Shown here: positions 8,477 to 17,004 of the stretch, in pieces
Layout of the letters: each line of letters opens with the position of its first letter
Position numbering within the stretch: the first letter of the stretch is position 1
Assembly (NCBI GenBank): GCA_963766075.1
Contig: CAVYAN010000053.1
Location: 1 to 64,000 of the forward strand
Source: an uncultured cyanobacterium
GTDB lineage: Bacteria > Cyanobacteriota > Cyanobacteriia > Leptolyngbyales > Leptolyngbyaceae
Length of the DNA stretch: 64,000 nucleotides
Direction: 5' to 3'
Made by a program: the position numbers and the translations under genes
Notes under the pieces: model-generated
Told to the model about the DNA's origin: nothing
Databases searched by the model: none
Seen by the model: only the letters and a program-made list of their open reading frames with translations

Positions 8477-9009
8477 TCATCACACCAGAAATGCAGTTAA
8501 ACGAAGAAGAATATCGCCCGTGGCTGATGGCTGCTCAGGTAGCGGGTTACACGCCGGAATACATTGGAAACGGGGTGCTGTATAACCACCCCGAAATTCA
8601 TCATTTCTCCTGCGCGACCTGGGGCCAAGGGGTCTGGGTTGATAGCGATGGGGTTGAATTGGAGCGGGTTGGAAGCCCGTGGTACTGGCCAGAAAATCGT
8701 GCAGTGTTGGACGGCGGTGGGGAAGCCGCAAGGCAAATGATAAAGCAGTTAAAAACATACAAGTTTGTATGCAACACCATGCTAATCCACTGCCAAAAGG
8801 AGGCTTTAGAGTCTCCCCGCAATTGGGCTAACGATTACCACTACCGCCAGCCCGTAATCGAGGTGACAAAAACAGGTGGCGACTACGTTGTAACCAAGGT
8901 TGAATACAAAACCGGGTCACAGGTTTGCCCAGTCGGGGAAACATCTGCGTGCTTTGTCGGTGGTCTGACTGGCGGTGGGGCATTCGCCGCTATAAACGGT
9001 TGGGATTAA
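8473..9009 (+). CDS. hypothetical protein
   Basis: 178-aa ORF, translationally coupled to upstream ORF. Confidence 0.7.
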   Translation: MIITPEMQLNEEEYRPWLMAAQVAGYTPEYIGNGVLYNHPEIHHFSCATWGQGVWVDSDGVELERVGSPWYWPENRAVLDGGGEAARQMIKQLKTYKFVCNTMLIHCQKEALESPRNWANDYHYRQPVIEVTKTGGDYVVTKVEYKTGSQVCPVGETSACFVGGLTGGGAFAAINGWD

Positions 9010-9010
9010 T

Positions 9011-9364
9011 ATGCAGAAATCGACGATCGCAAGTCTTAAAAGATCCGGCCCCAACCTACTTAAGGGGATTGCCCCAAAAGTGCCAACGGTGGCCGAGAGC
9101 AAGCTGCTCCTAATCCTGGATTTTCTGAAGACCAACCCAGGAAGTTACACGGCGGCTCAGTTAGGGGCTGTCGTTGGATGGGGCGATCGCCAAACCCGAC
9201 ATGCCCTATGGGCGATCGGCCTTGAAGGTCGAAGGGGTAAAGGTTACGAGTGGTCGCAGCAAGCAAATCAAAAACCAAGCCAAATCAAAAACCATGAAAG
9301 GAAACCTGTACGCAATTCCAGAGGTTCCGGAAATCCTGAGCGCGATCGCGCAGCCGATGTATGA
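9011..9364 (+). CDS. winged HTH-like protein
   Basis: ILDFLKTNPGSYTAAQLGAVVGWGDRQTRHAL. Confidence 0.55.
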   Translation: MQKSTIASLKRSGPNLLKGIAPKVPTVAESKLLLILDFLKTNPGSYTAAQLGAVVGWGDRQTRHALWAIGLEGRRGKGYEWSQQANQKPSQIKNHERKPVRNSRGSGNPERDRAADV

Positions 9365-9707
9365 CCGGACTCCTAGTCCGCCACACATAACGCTGGGGTA
9401 CAACATCGATGAAGATTCTGTTGCTGTTGATAGCAATGGCCTGGTCTTTTCGGCTCCAGTAACAGCCCATTGCTGGAACCAGCACGCCCAAGCTCTGAAG
9501 GTTATCTTGCCAGCGGGAATTCCTTGGTTGGCTAACAAGGAAAGCATTCCGCACATTACCCTATCGTGGCCCATGGGGTCTGCTCCAGTAAAAGCGGGGT
9601 CCATGCTTAAGTGTCGATGTTATGAAGAGGTTGTGTTTCCTGAGCCGATCTTTGTTTTGTTCAGGATTGAGTTTGTTCCCTATATAGATAGGGAACAACA
9701 GTTTTAG
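9294..9707 (+). CDS. 2H phosphoesterase family protein
   Basis: Two HxT motifs: PPHITLGY and IPHITLSW. Confidence 0.8.
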   Translation: MKGNLYAIPEVPEILSAIAQPMYDRTPSPPHITLGYNIDEDSVAVDSNGLVFSAPVTAHCWNQHAQALKVILPAGIPWLANKESIPHITLSWPMGSAPVKAGSMLKCRCYEEVVFPEPIFVLFRIEFVPYIDREQQF

Positions 9708-11137
9708 CGCTGGCTGGCCAAATGGTGAACCACGATCGCGCCCTCTGCCGCTTTGCAATCCAGAGAAGTCACGTTGAATTCTGGCGGCAGGGTTACAGGG
9801 ATAATCTTAGTTCTGTGCAACGCCCGAGCCAGGGCAAGTTGATCGATTGAGCACCAGACCAGCCATTCAGCCAGCCAGTTACGGAAAAGATCTTCAACGT
9901 GCAGACTATGCTTCCAAACCAGAACCCCGCCGCTGTACTGCGGAAAGCTATGGCCTAACCGCTCTAGCGTGCAATCCTTTTCCATACCCTTAACGAGCGA
10001 TCGCCCTACCGTTGGGGCGATCGCGTCTTTTGTCATGGCGATTTGAGCACTGCCTAGAAACTGCCAAACGCAATCAATATCCCCCCGGCACAGGGTGTCC
10101 GCATCCAAATAGATGGTTTCGTTAAATGGGCTGATCCAGTAAGCTGCTCCCTTAAGCAAGCGTGCCTCCTGCTGATCCGAGAATCCAAAATCTGAGCGCC
10201 GAGCGTTTAGAATCATCTGGAAATTGGTCTTTTCCTCCGGAGTTAAATTCTCGGTCGTGATCAAGGCGATCGATAGGTTGGAGTACTGCTTGATTGACTT
10301 GGCGCAACTCAGGGCCAAGTCCAGATAGCGCCGCCCAACGGCAACGATCACAATACCTCTGGATAACCGAACCAGGTAGTTAGCGTTTTTCGCGGCATTG
10401 ATGACCCGTTGTGCCGTTACCCTGAGATTTATATTCACCCTACGCTCTGCGGCTTGCCCCAGGGCGTAGACCTGCCCTCTGGTGATAGCCTCTGCATTGT
10501 CGCTCAGGTTGTCGCTGTGCCTGCGCCAATAGTACAGCGCTCTGGGGTTGCACTTGATCAGCCCTTGCTCAGAAATCTTTAAGCACAAATCGTAATCGGG
10601 GACGGCTCCAGAAAAGGAATCGATTCCACCAACGCGATCGTATATAGATCTGCGAATCAATCTAAAGTGGAAAATCATGAAGTAATGCATTAACGCCAGA
10701 TTGGAGTAATTGATCTGGCATCGCGGCCCTAAGCCGCGAGTGGTAAAGTTTTCATCAACTTCTGTGTAATAACTGTAAGCCATATCCACTAGGGGATTGC
10801 TGCCAAAAAAATCCAGCATGCTGCTGAGACAGTGCGGGTGCAATGCATCATCACTGTCAACCCATCCAAGGAATTCCCCAGATGTTTGGTCTAGCGCTAG
10901 GGCCAAAGATGCGGCAAACCCTAAGCGAGGGTTTGAAATCACCCGATAAGTTATACCTGAGTCCTTAAACCGTTCCGCATAGTTTGCGGCCACCAAATCG
11001 GATCCATCTGTGGAGCCGTCAGACCACACGAGATACTCGATTTCTGAACCATCAATGGTCTGGAGCAACACGCTTTCCAGTGTTTGTTTTAGCCATTCCT
11101 TACGGTTATGGACAACTGTAACCAATGAGATTGTCAT
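9704..11137 (-). CDS. two-domain glycosyltransferase (GT2 + GT8-like)
   Basis: SDGSTDGS and WVDSDD in N-domain; SPFNETIYLDADT, YSGGV and DQLAL in C-domain. Confidence 0.9.
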   Translation of the reverse strand: MTISLVTVVHNRKEWLKQTLESVLLQTIDGSEIEYLVWSDGSTDGSDLVAANYAERFKDSGITYRVISNPRLGFAASLALALDQTSGEFLGWVDSDDALHPHCLSSMLDFFGSNPLVDMAYSYYTEVDENFTTRGLGPRCQINYSNLALMHYFMIFHFRLIRRSIYDRVGGIDSFSGAVPDYDLCLKISEQGLIKCNPRALYYWRRHSDNLSDNAEAITRGQVYALGQAAERRVNINLRVTAQRVINAAKNANYLVRLSRGIVIVAVGRRYLDLALSCAKSIKQYSNLSIALITTENLTPEEKTNFQMILNARRSDFGFSDQQEARLLKGAAYWISPFNETIYLDADTLCRGDIDCVWQFLGSAQIAMTKDAIAPTVGRSLVKGMEKDCTLERLGHSFPQYSGGVLVWKHSLHVEDLFRNWLAEWLVWCSIDQLALARALHRTKIIPVTLPPEFNVTSLDCKAAEGAIVVHHLASQR

Positions 11138-11169
11138 AATATTTACCTTATCAACTACTTAACCACGGG

Positions 11170-11529
11170 TTATCTTCGCTCAGGTTGGTTATCCCACTCT
11201 TCAAACACTGCTGGATGGTTTTCATTAAGCCATTGAGCCATGTCCGAGTAGATTTCAGAGATCATATCGGCTTCATGCCTGATCTGATCTACAGCATCTT
11301 GCAAGTGAGTAACGAGGAAAGTGATTTCCTGTACTCCAGACGGTTTTGTGCTTAACCACTCAACATTCTTAGACGCCCAGTGAATCCAAGCGCTTAAGGC
11401 TAATTGTGGGTTGGGATTAGCCAACCAATTGGAAATTCTGTTGCAGGTTGGGACGACTCCCGCCGTTTTCATAATTTCGCATTGATCTATAATTGCTTGA
11501 AATTTGTTTTCTGTTTGATGTTCAGCCAT
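11170..11529 (-). CDS. hypothetical protein
   Basis: GAGGTG RBS; 119 aa. Confidence 0.65.
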   Translation of the reverse strand: MAEHQTENKFQAIIDQCEIMKTAGVVPTCNRISNWLANPNPQLALSAWIHWASKNVEWLSTKPSGVQEITFLVTHLQDAVDQIRHEADMISEIYSDMAQWLNENHPAVFEEWDNQPERR

Positions 11530-11558
11530 ATCTAGTTATCACCTCTTTTAAGACGTTA

Positions 11559-11879
11559 CTACTGAGTCTTTTTCTTAGCGCGAAGCGGGGCGTCATACCT
11601 AAGATGACATGGAGCACACAATGCTTTAAGGTTGCTTGGGGTGCAATTTGAAGGAATTGGAATCATGTGAGCCGTTGTTAAAGTCCATTTTTGAGGATTC
11701 TTAAAAATGGCATCCTTAAGCTCTTCATCTGCCTCAATCCTCAAAACAAAATCAGGTAGAGACTCCTTCTTTTTCCTGCACTGCTTGCCGCAAAATTCGC
11801 ACTTCCACCCTGCGGCGGTGCGAACAGCAAGGGAGATTTGATCCCAGTTTTTTGGATACAGCGCTTTCTGCATGGGCAT
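11559..11879 (-). CDS. HNH endonuclease-like protein
   Basis: YPKNWDQIS...CEFC...LTTAH...NLKALCAPCHLRYD. Confidence 0.8.
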   Translation of the reverse strand: MPMQKALYPKNWDQISLAVRTAAGWKCEFCGKQCRKKKESLPDFVLRIEADEELKDAIFKNPQKWTLTTAHMIPIPSNCTPSNLKALCAPCHLRYDAPLRAKKKTQ

Positions 11880-11883
11880 AACA

Positions 11884-12342
11884 TCACCATTCATCCAAGT
11901 TTCTGAGAGCTTCCCTGTAATTAATCCGAACCTGTTGCAGTGTGGGTTCTGGAATGGTCCAGAGTCGCGGACTCCCAACACAGGGTACCGGATCAATTGG
12001 AATTACATTTTCAAGCTTCCATCCAATTTTCCCTACGTACCATGGACTTGAAGAGTTTTCCGGTTCTTCTCCTGCATATTGCGCGATCGCAATAATGCTC
12101 TGTTCAGGATCGGTTTCTGGGGTTGGATTTTCAATCAACTCTGATCTGTTTAAGTTGCAGACGAACTCATACCCTTTCTGATCCCATGTTTTGCCGTTGT
12201 GGATGGCAAGATAGGTTCCCACGGGATAGTTAAATTTCCAGTTTCGATTTTCAATCCTTTTATCCAGATATGCGATCGCGTATCCAAATGGCCTATGCAA
12301 TGTTAATCCAAATATCTTTGCCTTAGTTTTTGTTACTGTCAT
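11884..12342 (-). CDS. ASCH domain protein
   Basis: LTLHRPFGYAI...KRIENRNW...LAIH...G..RLW. Confidence 0.85.
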   Translation of the reverse strand: MTVTKTKAKIFGLTLHRPFGYAIAYLDKRIENRNWKFNYPVGTYLAIHNGKTWDQKGYEFVCNLNRSELIENPTPETDPEQSIIAIAQYAGEEPENSSSPWYVGKIGWKLENVIPIDPVPCVGSPRLWTIPEPTLQQVRINYREALRNLDEW

Positions 12343-12616
12343 TGGTTAGCTTCCAAGTAGTTCTGCTGTCCACTTTTAATCCACTTCTTTTACACTTGAT
12401 AGATGGATTTCCCCAACACTGGCTTTTACAGGCTTCAAAGTAAGCCCTCTTCCTGGAGAAGCCCATTTCCCTATAAACGTCAAAAACCTTTGTTATGCTG
12501 TCTTTTCTGCCCATATAGTTGGGCTGTTCGGCTAACGACTCCAACCGCTGAAGCCAGCACAGATTGTCCAATGGTAGATACCGCTGATAGCCGTCAATGG
12601 TTTTTATATATTTCAT
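12323..12616 (-). CDS. hypothetical protein
   Basis: MKYIKT... start in ATGA overlap with upstream remnant. Confidence 0.55.
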   Translation of the reverse strand: MKYIKTIDGYQRYLPLDNLCWLQRLESLAEQPNYMGRKDSITKVFDVYREMGFSRKRAYFEACKSQCWGNPSIKCKRSGLKVDSRTTWKLTNDSNKN

Positions 12617-12758
12617 TGGGGGATCCCTCCGCAAAACACCCTTACCCTCTTGAAGCTACCTTCAAAATGCTCTGGAGTCCTAAACCACATGCGCCCGCTG
12701 CACTGATAAACTATTACGGGCTTGCAGTGCAGTAAATTTGTCCCGATTCAATGTTCAT
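12613..12758 (-). pseudogene. DUF1653-like remnant
   Basis: MNIESGQIY / CKPVIVYQCSGRMWFRTPEHFEGSF in two frames; middle of the domain apparently missing. Confidence 0.45.
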
Positions 12759-12768
12759 ACTTTGATCC

Positions 12769-13728
12769 CTATTTGACCCCTAGCAGTGGCAAAGGTAATT
12801 GTCGAACAGAATTAACACACAGATCAAAAGCTGATCTATTAAGCTCAATCCCGATCGCTTTCCGTCCATGCTCCTGTGCCACAGAAAGGACCGTGCCACT
12901 ACCCGCAAACGGGTCCAGCACGATGCCATCCAAGGGACAAGAGGATAATATGCAGCGCAACGCTAATGCCCTGGGGAAGGGAGCAATATGCCCCTCGACA
13001 TAGCAGGTTGGAATAGTCCAAACATTGTGAGCGTGGCGCGTCTTCCCGTTTAGAACCTCGTTTAGAACCGCTAAAACGTCTTTGTCAAAATAGTATTTTT
13101 GGGACTTGGTAAGCATGTAGATCGGTTCCCATGCTCCGGTCGGGCGATCGCCTACAACTTCAGGAACTGGGTTAGGTTTAGACCACACAACCTCAGACCG
13201 GATGCACCAACCGGAATCGGCTAGGGCGATCGCTACCCTCTGGGGGACCAGGTTCAGGCTCTTACCCCGAAACTTACTAGATCCGCATGTCCCATCCCCG
13301 ATATTTAGCCAGCAGACGCCCTTCGGTTTAAGCACCCTATGCAATTCATCAAATAGGAGCATTAAGTGTGCCTGATACTGTGCTGGCGTTGGCTCCTGCC
13401 CTAATTCTCCCAGCCATGCCCCACAGAGCGAACAAGTGGATGATTTTTTGTGTCGGGTTTTGCGAACGCGATCGGCGTTCTCTGGTCCCGCAACATGAAA
13501 ACGGTGTGAACCCAGACCCGCACCGCCAGCCACGTAGGTTGAACTTTCAACCCACTGGTGATCACATTTGTTTTTCGGTCCCCATACCTGAGGAGCGCTT
13601 TTGTAGTTTCTCAGGTTCCAGTATGGAGGACTAGTGACGATGCAATCGACAGAAGCCGATGGCATCGCCCTAACAACATCAAGGCAATGGCCTTGATGTA
13701 TTTTTACTTTCTCCGTGCTGTAAATCAT
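12769..13728 (-). CDS. DNA methyltransferase (N4-C/N6-A, beta class)
   Basis: VTSPPY motif IV; LDPFAGSGT motif I; HIAPFP. Confidence 0.95.
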   Translation of the reverse strand: MIYSTEKVKIHQGHCLDVVRAMPSASVDCIVTSPPYWNLRNYKSAPQVWGPKNKCDHQWVESSTYVAGGAGLGSHRFHVAGPENADRVRKTRHKKSSTCSLCGAWLGELGQEPTPAQYQAHLMLLFDELHRVLKPKGVCWLNIGDGTCGSSKFRGKSLNLVPQRVAIALADSGWCIRSEVVWSKPNPVPEVVGDRPTGAWEPIYMLTKSQKYYFDKDVLAVLNEVLNGKTRHAHNVWTIPTCYVEGHIAPFPRALALRCILSSCPLDGIVLDPFAGSGTVLSVAQEHGRKAIGIELNRSAFDLCVNSVRQLPLPLLGVK

Positions 13729-13966
13729 GGTTATGGTTTTTAATAAATTCCTGATGAACTTCTGGCTTGTGCCGCCACTTCCAAAAGTGTTTAATCATTT
13801 CAGGGTCATAAAAGATGGCGCGGCTTCCACGGACTTTGTACCAGTGAACCCTCTCAATGAAGTCGCCGTTATACCTGCGACTCTTGATTTTGTGGACCGT
13901 TAGATCCGGAATTTCTGAGCACAGTTGAGTTGCTGTAAGAAGTTTTGGCGGTTCCGTGTTCTGCAT
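13679..13966 (-). CDS. excisionase-like HTH DNA-binding protein
   Basis: LLTATQLC...FIERVHWYK...IFYDPEMI; paralog of 15031..15402. Confidence 0.6.
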   Translation of the reverse strand: MQNTEPPKLLTATQLCSEIPDLTVHKIKSRRYNGDFIERVHWYKVRGSRAIFYDPEMIKHFWKWRHKPEVHQEFIKNHNHDLQHGESKNTSRPLP

Positions 13967-13968
13967 AA

Positions 13969-14264
13969 CTAAACTAGCTTAGCTGTTACGTAGGTTCTGC
14001 CGTAGCAGAGTTGGCAAGTTTTTGGGGTATAGCCCACAATCGTCTGAGTAAATTGTGGCGGGGCAAACTGCCCTAGTGCTCCGGTAGCGATCGGGTCAAA
14101 CACCTCGTCATAGATAGGTTCTGCCGTGACTCCTTTCCCACTACACAGGGGCACTCAACTTTCACGGTTTCTGGCGCGATCGGCTTTACCTCTGGTTTAG
14201 GGTTTGGCCCTACTGGTAAGTAGAAACCATGGGGGCTATGTGATCCTGGGAAAACAAATGACAT
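13969..14264 (-). pseudogene. DnaJ-type zinc-finger protein split by a single-base frameshift
   Basis: TVKVECP (ORF 14073..14264) joins PLCSGKG...CQLCYGR (ORF 13969..14154) if one base is added in the C4 run at ~14150. Confidence 0.6.
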
Positions 14265-14434
14265 ATATTTACCGCCGTTGAAATAGCTGAAAGAGTGTTA
14301 AGTTTAAGCGTCGGTGGTGTCCGTCTTGTAGGCGGGATAAAGATCTCTCGATCTGTATACTCTATCCCGTTAATTGAAATGTATTGAACCTCCACGGCTT
14401 CTTGAGCTACCTTGATAACTTCTCTGAAATCCAT
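14210..14434 (-). CDS. hypothetical protein
   Basis: Short co-directional ORF. Confidence 0.4.
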   Translation of the reverse strand: MDFREVIKVAQEAVEVQYISINGIEYTDREIFIPPTRRTPPTLKLNTLSAISTAVNICHLFSQDHIAPMVSTYQ

Positions 14435-14491
14435 TGATCTTTACGGCTCCGTGATTGAACTAAATAAAAGAAGGATGAGCAAAATCAGGCA

Positions 14492-14851
14492 TTATTCGTC
14501 GTATTGTGACTCGCGATCGCGAGTCACTTCCGTTGCCCCGACCAATGAACCGACACCCTCAACAAACATCAATGTTTTCGTTGCCTTTTGCGGTGCCAGG
14601 GTTTCTTTTACCTGCGAAGCTACAGAAACTTCACCGTTATCTTCGGGCTTGAACGCGATCGTTATCACGATCCTCCGAACAGAATCGGTATGACAGTTCG
14701 GATCTAGGATATTTTGCAAAACCCGCTGCATTGAAACTTCGAACTGCTCGGCAACAACGCCACCGCCAATATTAGCAATGGTTGGAATATGCCGCTTGAT
14801 CTTTGCTGTTGCCTTTGGTGGTAGCTTTTCTACTTTGTTATCTTCATACAT
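14492..14851 (-). CDS. conserved phage protein ('replication terminator protein'-like)
   Basis: IGGGVVAEQF...VLQNILDPN...RRIVITIAFKP...VKETLAP. Confidence 0.65.
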   Translation of the reverse strand: MYEDNKVEKLPPKATAKIKRHIPTIANIGGGVVAEQFEVSMQRVLQNILDPNCHTDSVRRIVITIAFKPEDNGEVSVASQVKETLAPQKATKTLMFVEGVGSLVGATEVTRDRESQYDE

Positions 14852-14951
14852 GACGCTAAATGGATAGGTGGATAGTGGATAAGCGAAAACACACGACTGA
14901 CCAGGGTTGCACCCTAAGGGTAGCACGATAAACCACAGTAATCAACAGTTG

Positions 14952-15101
14952 CTAAGTTCTATTTAGGAATAGTTGGATGGCATCCTGGATGACTTGCTGT
15001 AAGTCTTGTCGGGTATTGTTGCTAACGTATTCAGTTAGCTGCTGATGTACGCCCTGATCTATCTCCACGAAAACCGCTACAAGGGTTGATGCTTGATTCA
15101 T
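14952..15101 (-). CDS. DUF2811-like small RHH protein
   Basis: VEIDQGVHQQLTEYV...DLQQVIQDAIQLFL. Confidence 0.55.
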   Translation of the reverse strand: MNQASTLVAVFVEIDQGVHQQLTEYVSNNTRQDLQQVIQDAIQLFLNRT

Positions 15102-15402
15102 TTTCCGTTCTTCTCCTGTGGTAGTTAATGGCATTGTCGATAATTTTGCGCTCTGCATAGAACTTGTCGAGCGCGACTTGATGTCGCTTGGGATTGGCAA
15201 AATAATACTGTGCCCAATCTCTGATCAGTTCTTCATCGAAGTAGATGAGATTGGCAAACCTGTGCCAATGGACTCCTTCTATTAATTGCCCAGTATCGCG
15301 GGCGATTTTTAGCGATTTTGCTGAAAAGGTGGTGAGGGCGATCGCCTCTCGGACGGTTAACAGTTTGCGGCGAACGCTTGGGACTGGTGATATATAAGTC
15401 AT
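15031..15402 (-). CDS. excisionase-like HTH DNA-binding protein
   Basis: LLTVREAIAL...LIEGVHWHR...IYFDEELIRDW. Confidence 0.65.
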   Translation of the reverse strand: MTYISPVPSVRRKLLTVREAIALTTFSAKSLKIARDTGQLIEGVHWHRFANLIYFDEELIRDWAQYYFANPKRHQVALDKFYAERKIIDNAINYHRRRTENESSINPCSGFRGDRSGRTSAAN

Positions 15403-15417
15403 GGTTTTACGGAGGTT

Positions 15418-17004
15418 TTACGGGTTGATCGCGGGTGGGCGGATAGTACCTTTTTTAGAAAAGACTCTAATAAAATCATCCAAGCCAGCACCAAACACAT
15501 CTAGGTAATAGAAATGTACTGGAAATGTTGCGGGGGCGTCATTACCGATAAAGGTAATACGTCCTGCAAATTCACATCGATGAAATTGTGAGAGTTTTTG
15601 CGACCATATCGTGGAAGTGTCACCACGGGTCAGAGCAATATGGCGGTGATCAATCCCAGCCGCTTTCATGAGTCGGTGTTCCTCCAGGATCTTTTCGATC
15701 CAGGGCAGGTTTACTGAAAGCATTTTGGGATCACCGTGGCGATCGTAGATAGGTGTGCCGTCGCGAAATTCAGGAATTGAAAAGGGATGATTTGTGTAGG
15801 TGAACCAGCTTTTTGTTTCTAGCGGGCTAACCTTTTCCCCTAGGGACTCTGGATCCCATCTGCGATTCAACCCGTTATCTTCAGCGGTAAAGTGGTGCCG
15901 CGCCCGAACGTTAGCGGCCTCACCCTTGGCGTTACTGCATGGGTCCAAATCGATCGTGCCAAAGACATCGTAAACCAGTTGCATTACATCCTCTGGGGTG
16001 TAATGCTCACAGGTTTTGCTTGAGGTGAAAACCTTTCTGGCATGATCTACGCGGTTATCCGTGTCGCCATCGGGGACCGCGTATTCGCTGATTTCGCTGA
16101 TATTTAGCTTAAACTCACTCGTTGCAGGAACAGTTTCTAGATCCTCATTCCCCACCCCGTGACGGGAGCGCCATCGGTCTAAGCGAGTCCCTGGATCAGC
16201 GGTTTCTAGATCTTCATCATCAATCCGATCCTCTTGCTCATCCTGCGGTTCGGGTTGCAGAATCCCTTTCCCCATCGTGATGAGGGGTTTTGGAACCTCT
16301 GGAACAGGGTAAGATGTTTCTCCACCGCTAAGGTTTTGACCGTTGAGAACAAATCGTTCAACGGGTTGGGGTGTGCCCCGCTGCATGGTGTAAGTCGATT
16401 CACCCCGCGTAACCACAATTTCTGATCCGGGAGGATCAACCTTGCCCTGTTCCGCCAGTGCGAACCAATGCGCCCTGAAGGTTTTGGGGTCCATCTGGGT
16501 GTGTTCAGCCAATTGCCGATAGGATAAACCTGCGGCATGGGGGCTGGTTAAAGCCGATTCCACAATGTAGGGAATATCAGCCCGCGATCGCCGCAGACCA
16601 TGCCGAGTATTGCACTTCAGTGCAGCCCATTTGGCGTCGGAGGCATCCCCGTGCTCTACATAGGTTAGAATCCCAGCCGCTTCAAATGCGGCAGCGCGAT
16701 CGCGCTGCTCTTGAGTAGCGTCAGCCGTAACGGCAAACTCGCAGAACCGCAAAAGTGATTCGAGTCGATGATTGCCATCAAAAAGGTAGTAATCCTCACC
16801 GTCCAGCATTGCTGAAAGCGGCGGGAAGACATCTCCCCGTTTGTAACCGTTGAGGTATTCCTCTACGGTTGGCTCATCTAAACTTTTTCTCGCCTGAATT
16901 TGATGCTTGGTCAGTTGCGAGATTGCAACTTCTACGACAACACCCTGTGACTGCATCTGGAGATTTCCCCGGATAGCCATAGCCTCTGCAACTGGCATGT
17001 TCAT
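15418..17004 (-). CDS. ParB-N domain + HTH + phage Dam-like N6-adenine methyltransferase fusion
   Basis: FPPL...LFDGNHRLES (ParB); LSYRQLAEHT (HTH); HYTPE, IDLDPCS, TNHPFS, DTSTIW, GRITF (MTase). Confidence 0.8.
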   Translation of the reverse strand: MNMPVAEAMAIRGNLQMQSQGVVVEVAISQLTKHQIQARKSLDEPTVEEYLNGYKRGDVFPPLSAMLDGEDYYLFDGNHRLESLLRFCEFAVTADATQEQRDRAAAFEAAGILTYVEHGDASDAKWAALKCNTRHGLRRSRADIPYIVESALTSPHAAGLSYRQLAEHTQMDPKTFRAHWFALAEQGKVDPPGSEIVVTRGESTYTMQRGTPQPVERFVLNGQNLSGGETSYPVPEVPKPLITMGKGILQPEPQDEQEDRIDDEDLETADPGTRLDRWRSRHGVGNEDLETVPATSEFKLNISEISEYAVPDGDTDNRVDHARKVFTSSKTCEHYTPEDVMQLVYDVFGTIDLDPCSNAKGEAANVRARHHFTAEDNGLNRRWDPESLGEKVSPLETKSWFTYTNHPFSIPEFRDGTPIYDRHGDPKMLSVNLPWIEKILEEHRLMKAAGIDHRHIALTRGDTSTIWSQKLSQFHRCEFAGRITFIGNDAPATFPVHFYYLDVFGAGLDDFIRVFSKKGTIRPPAINP

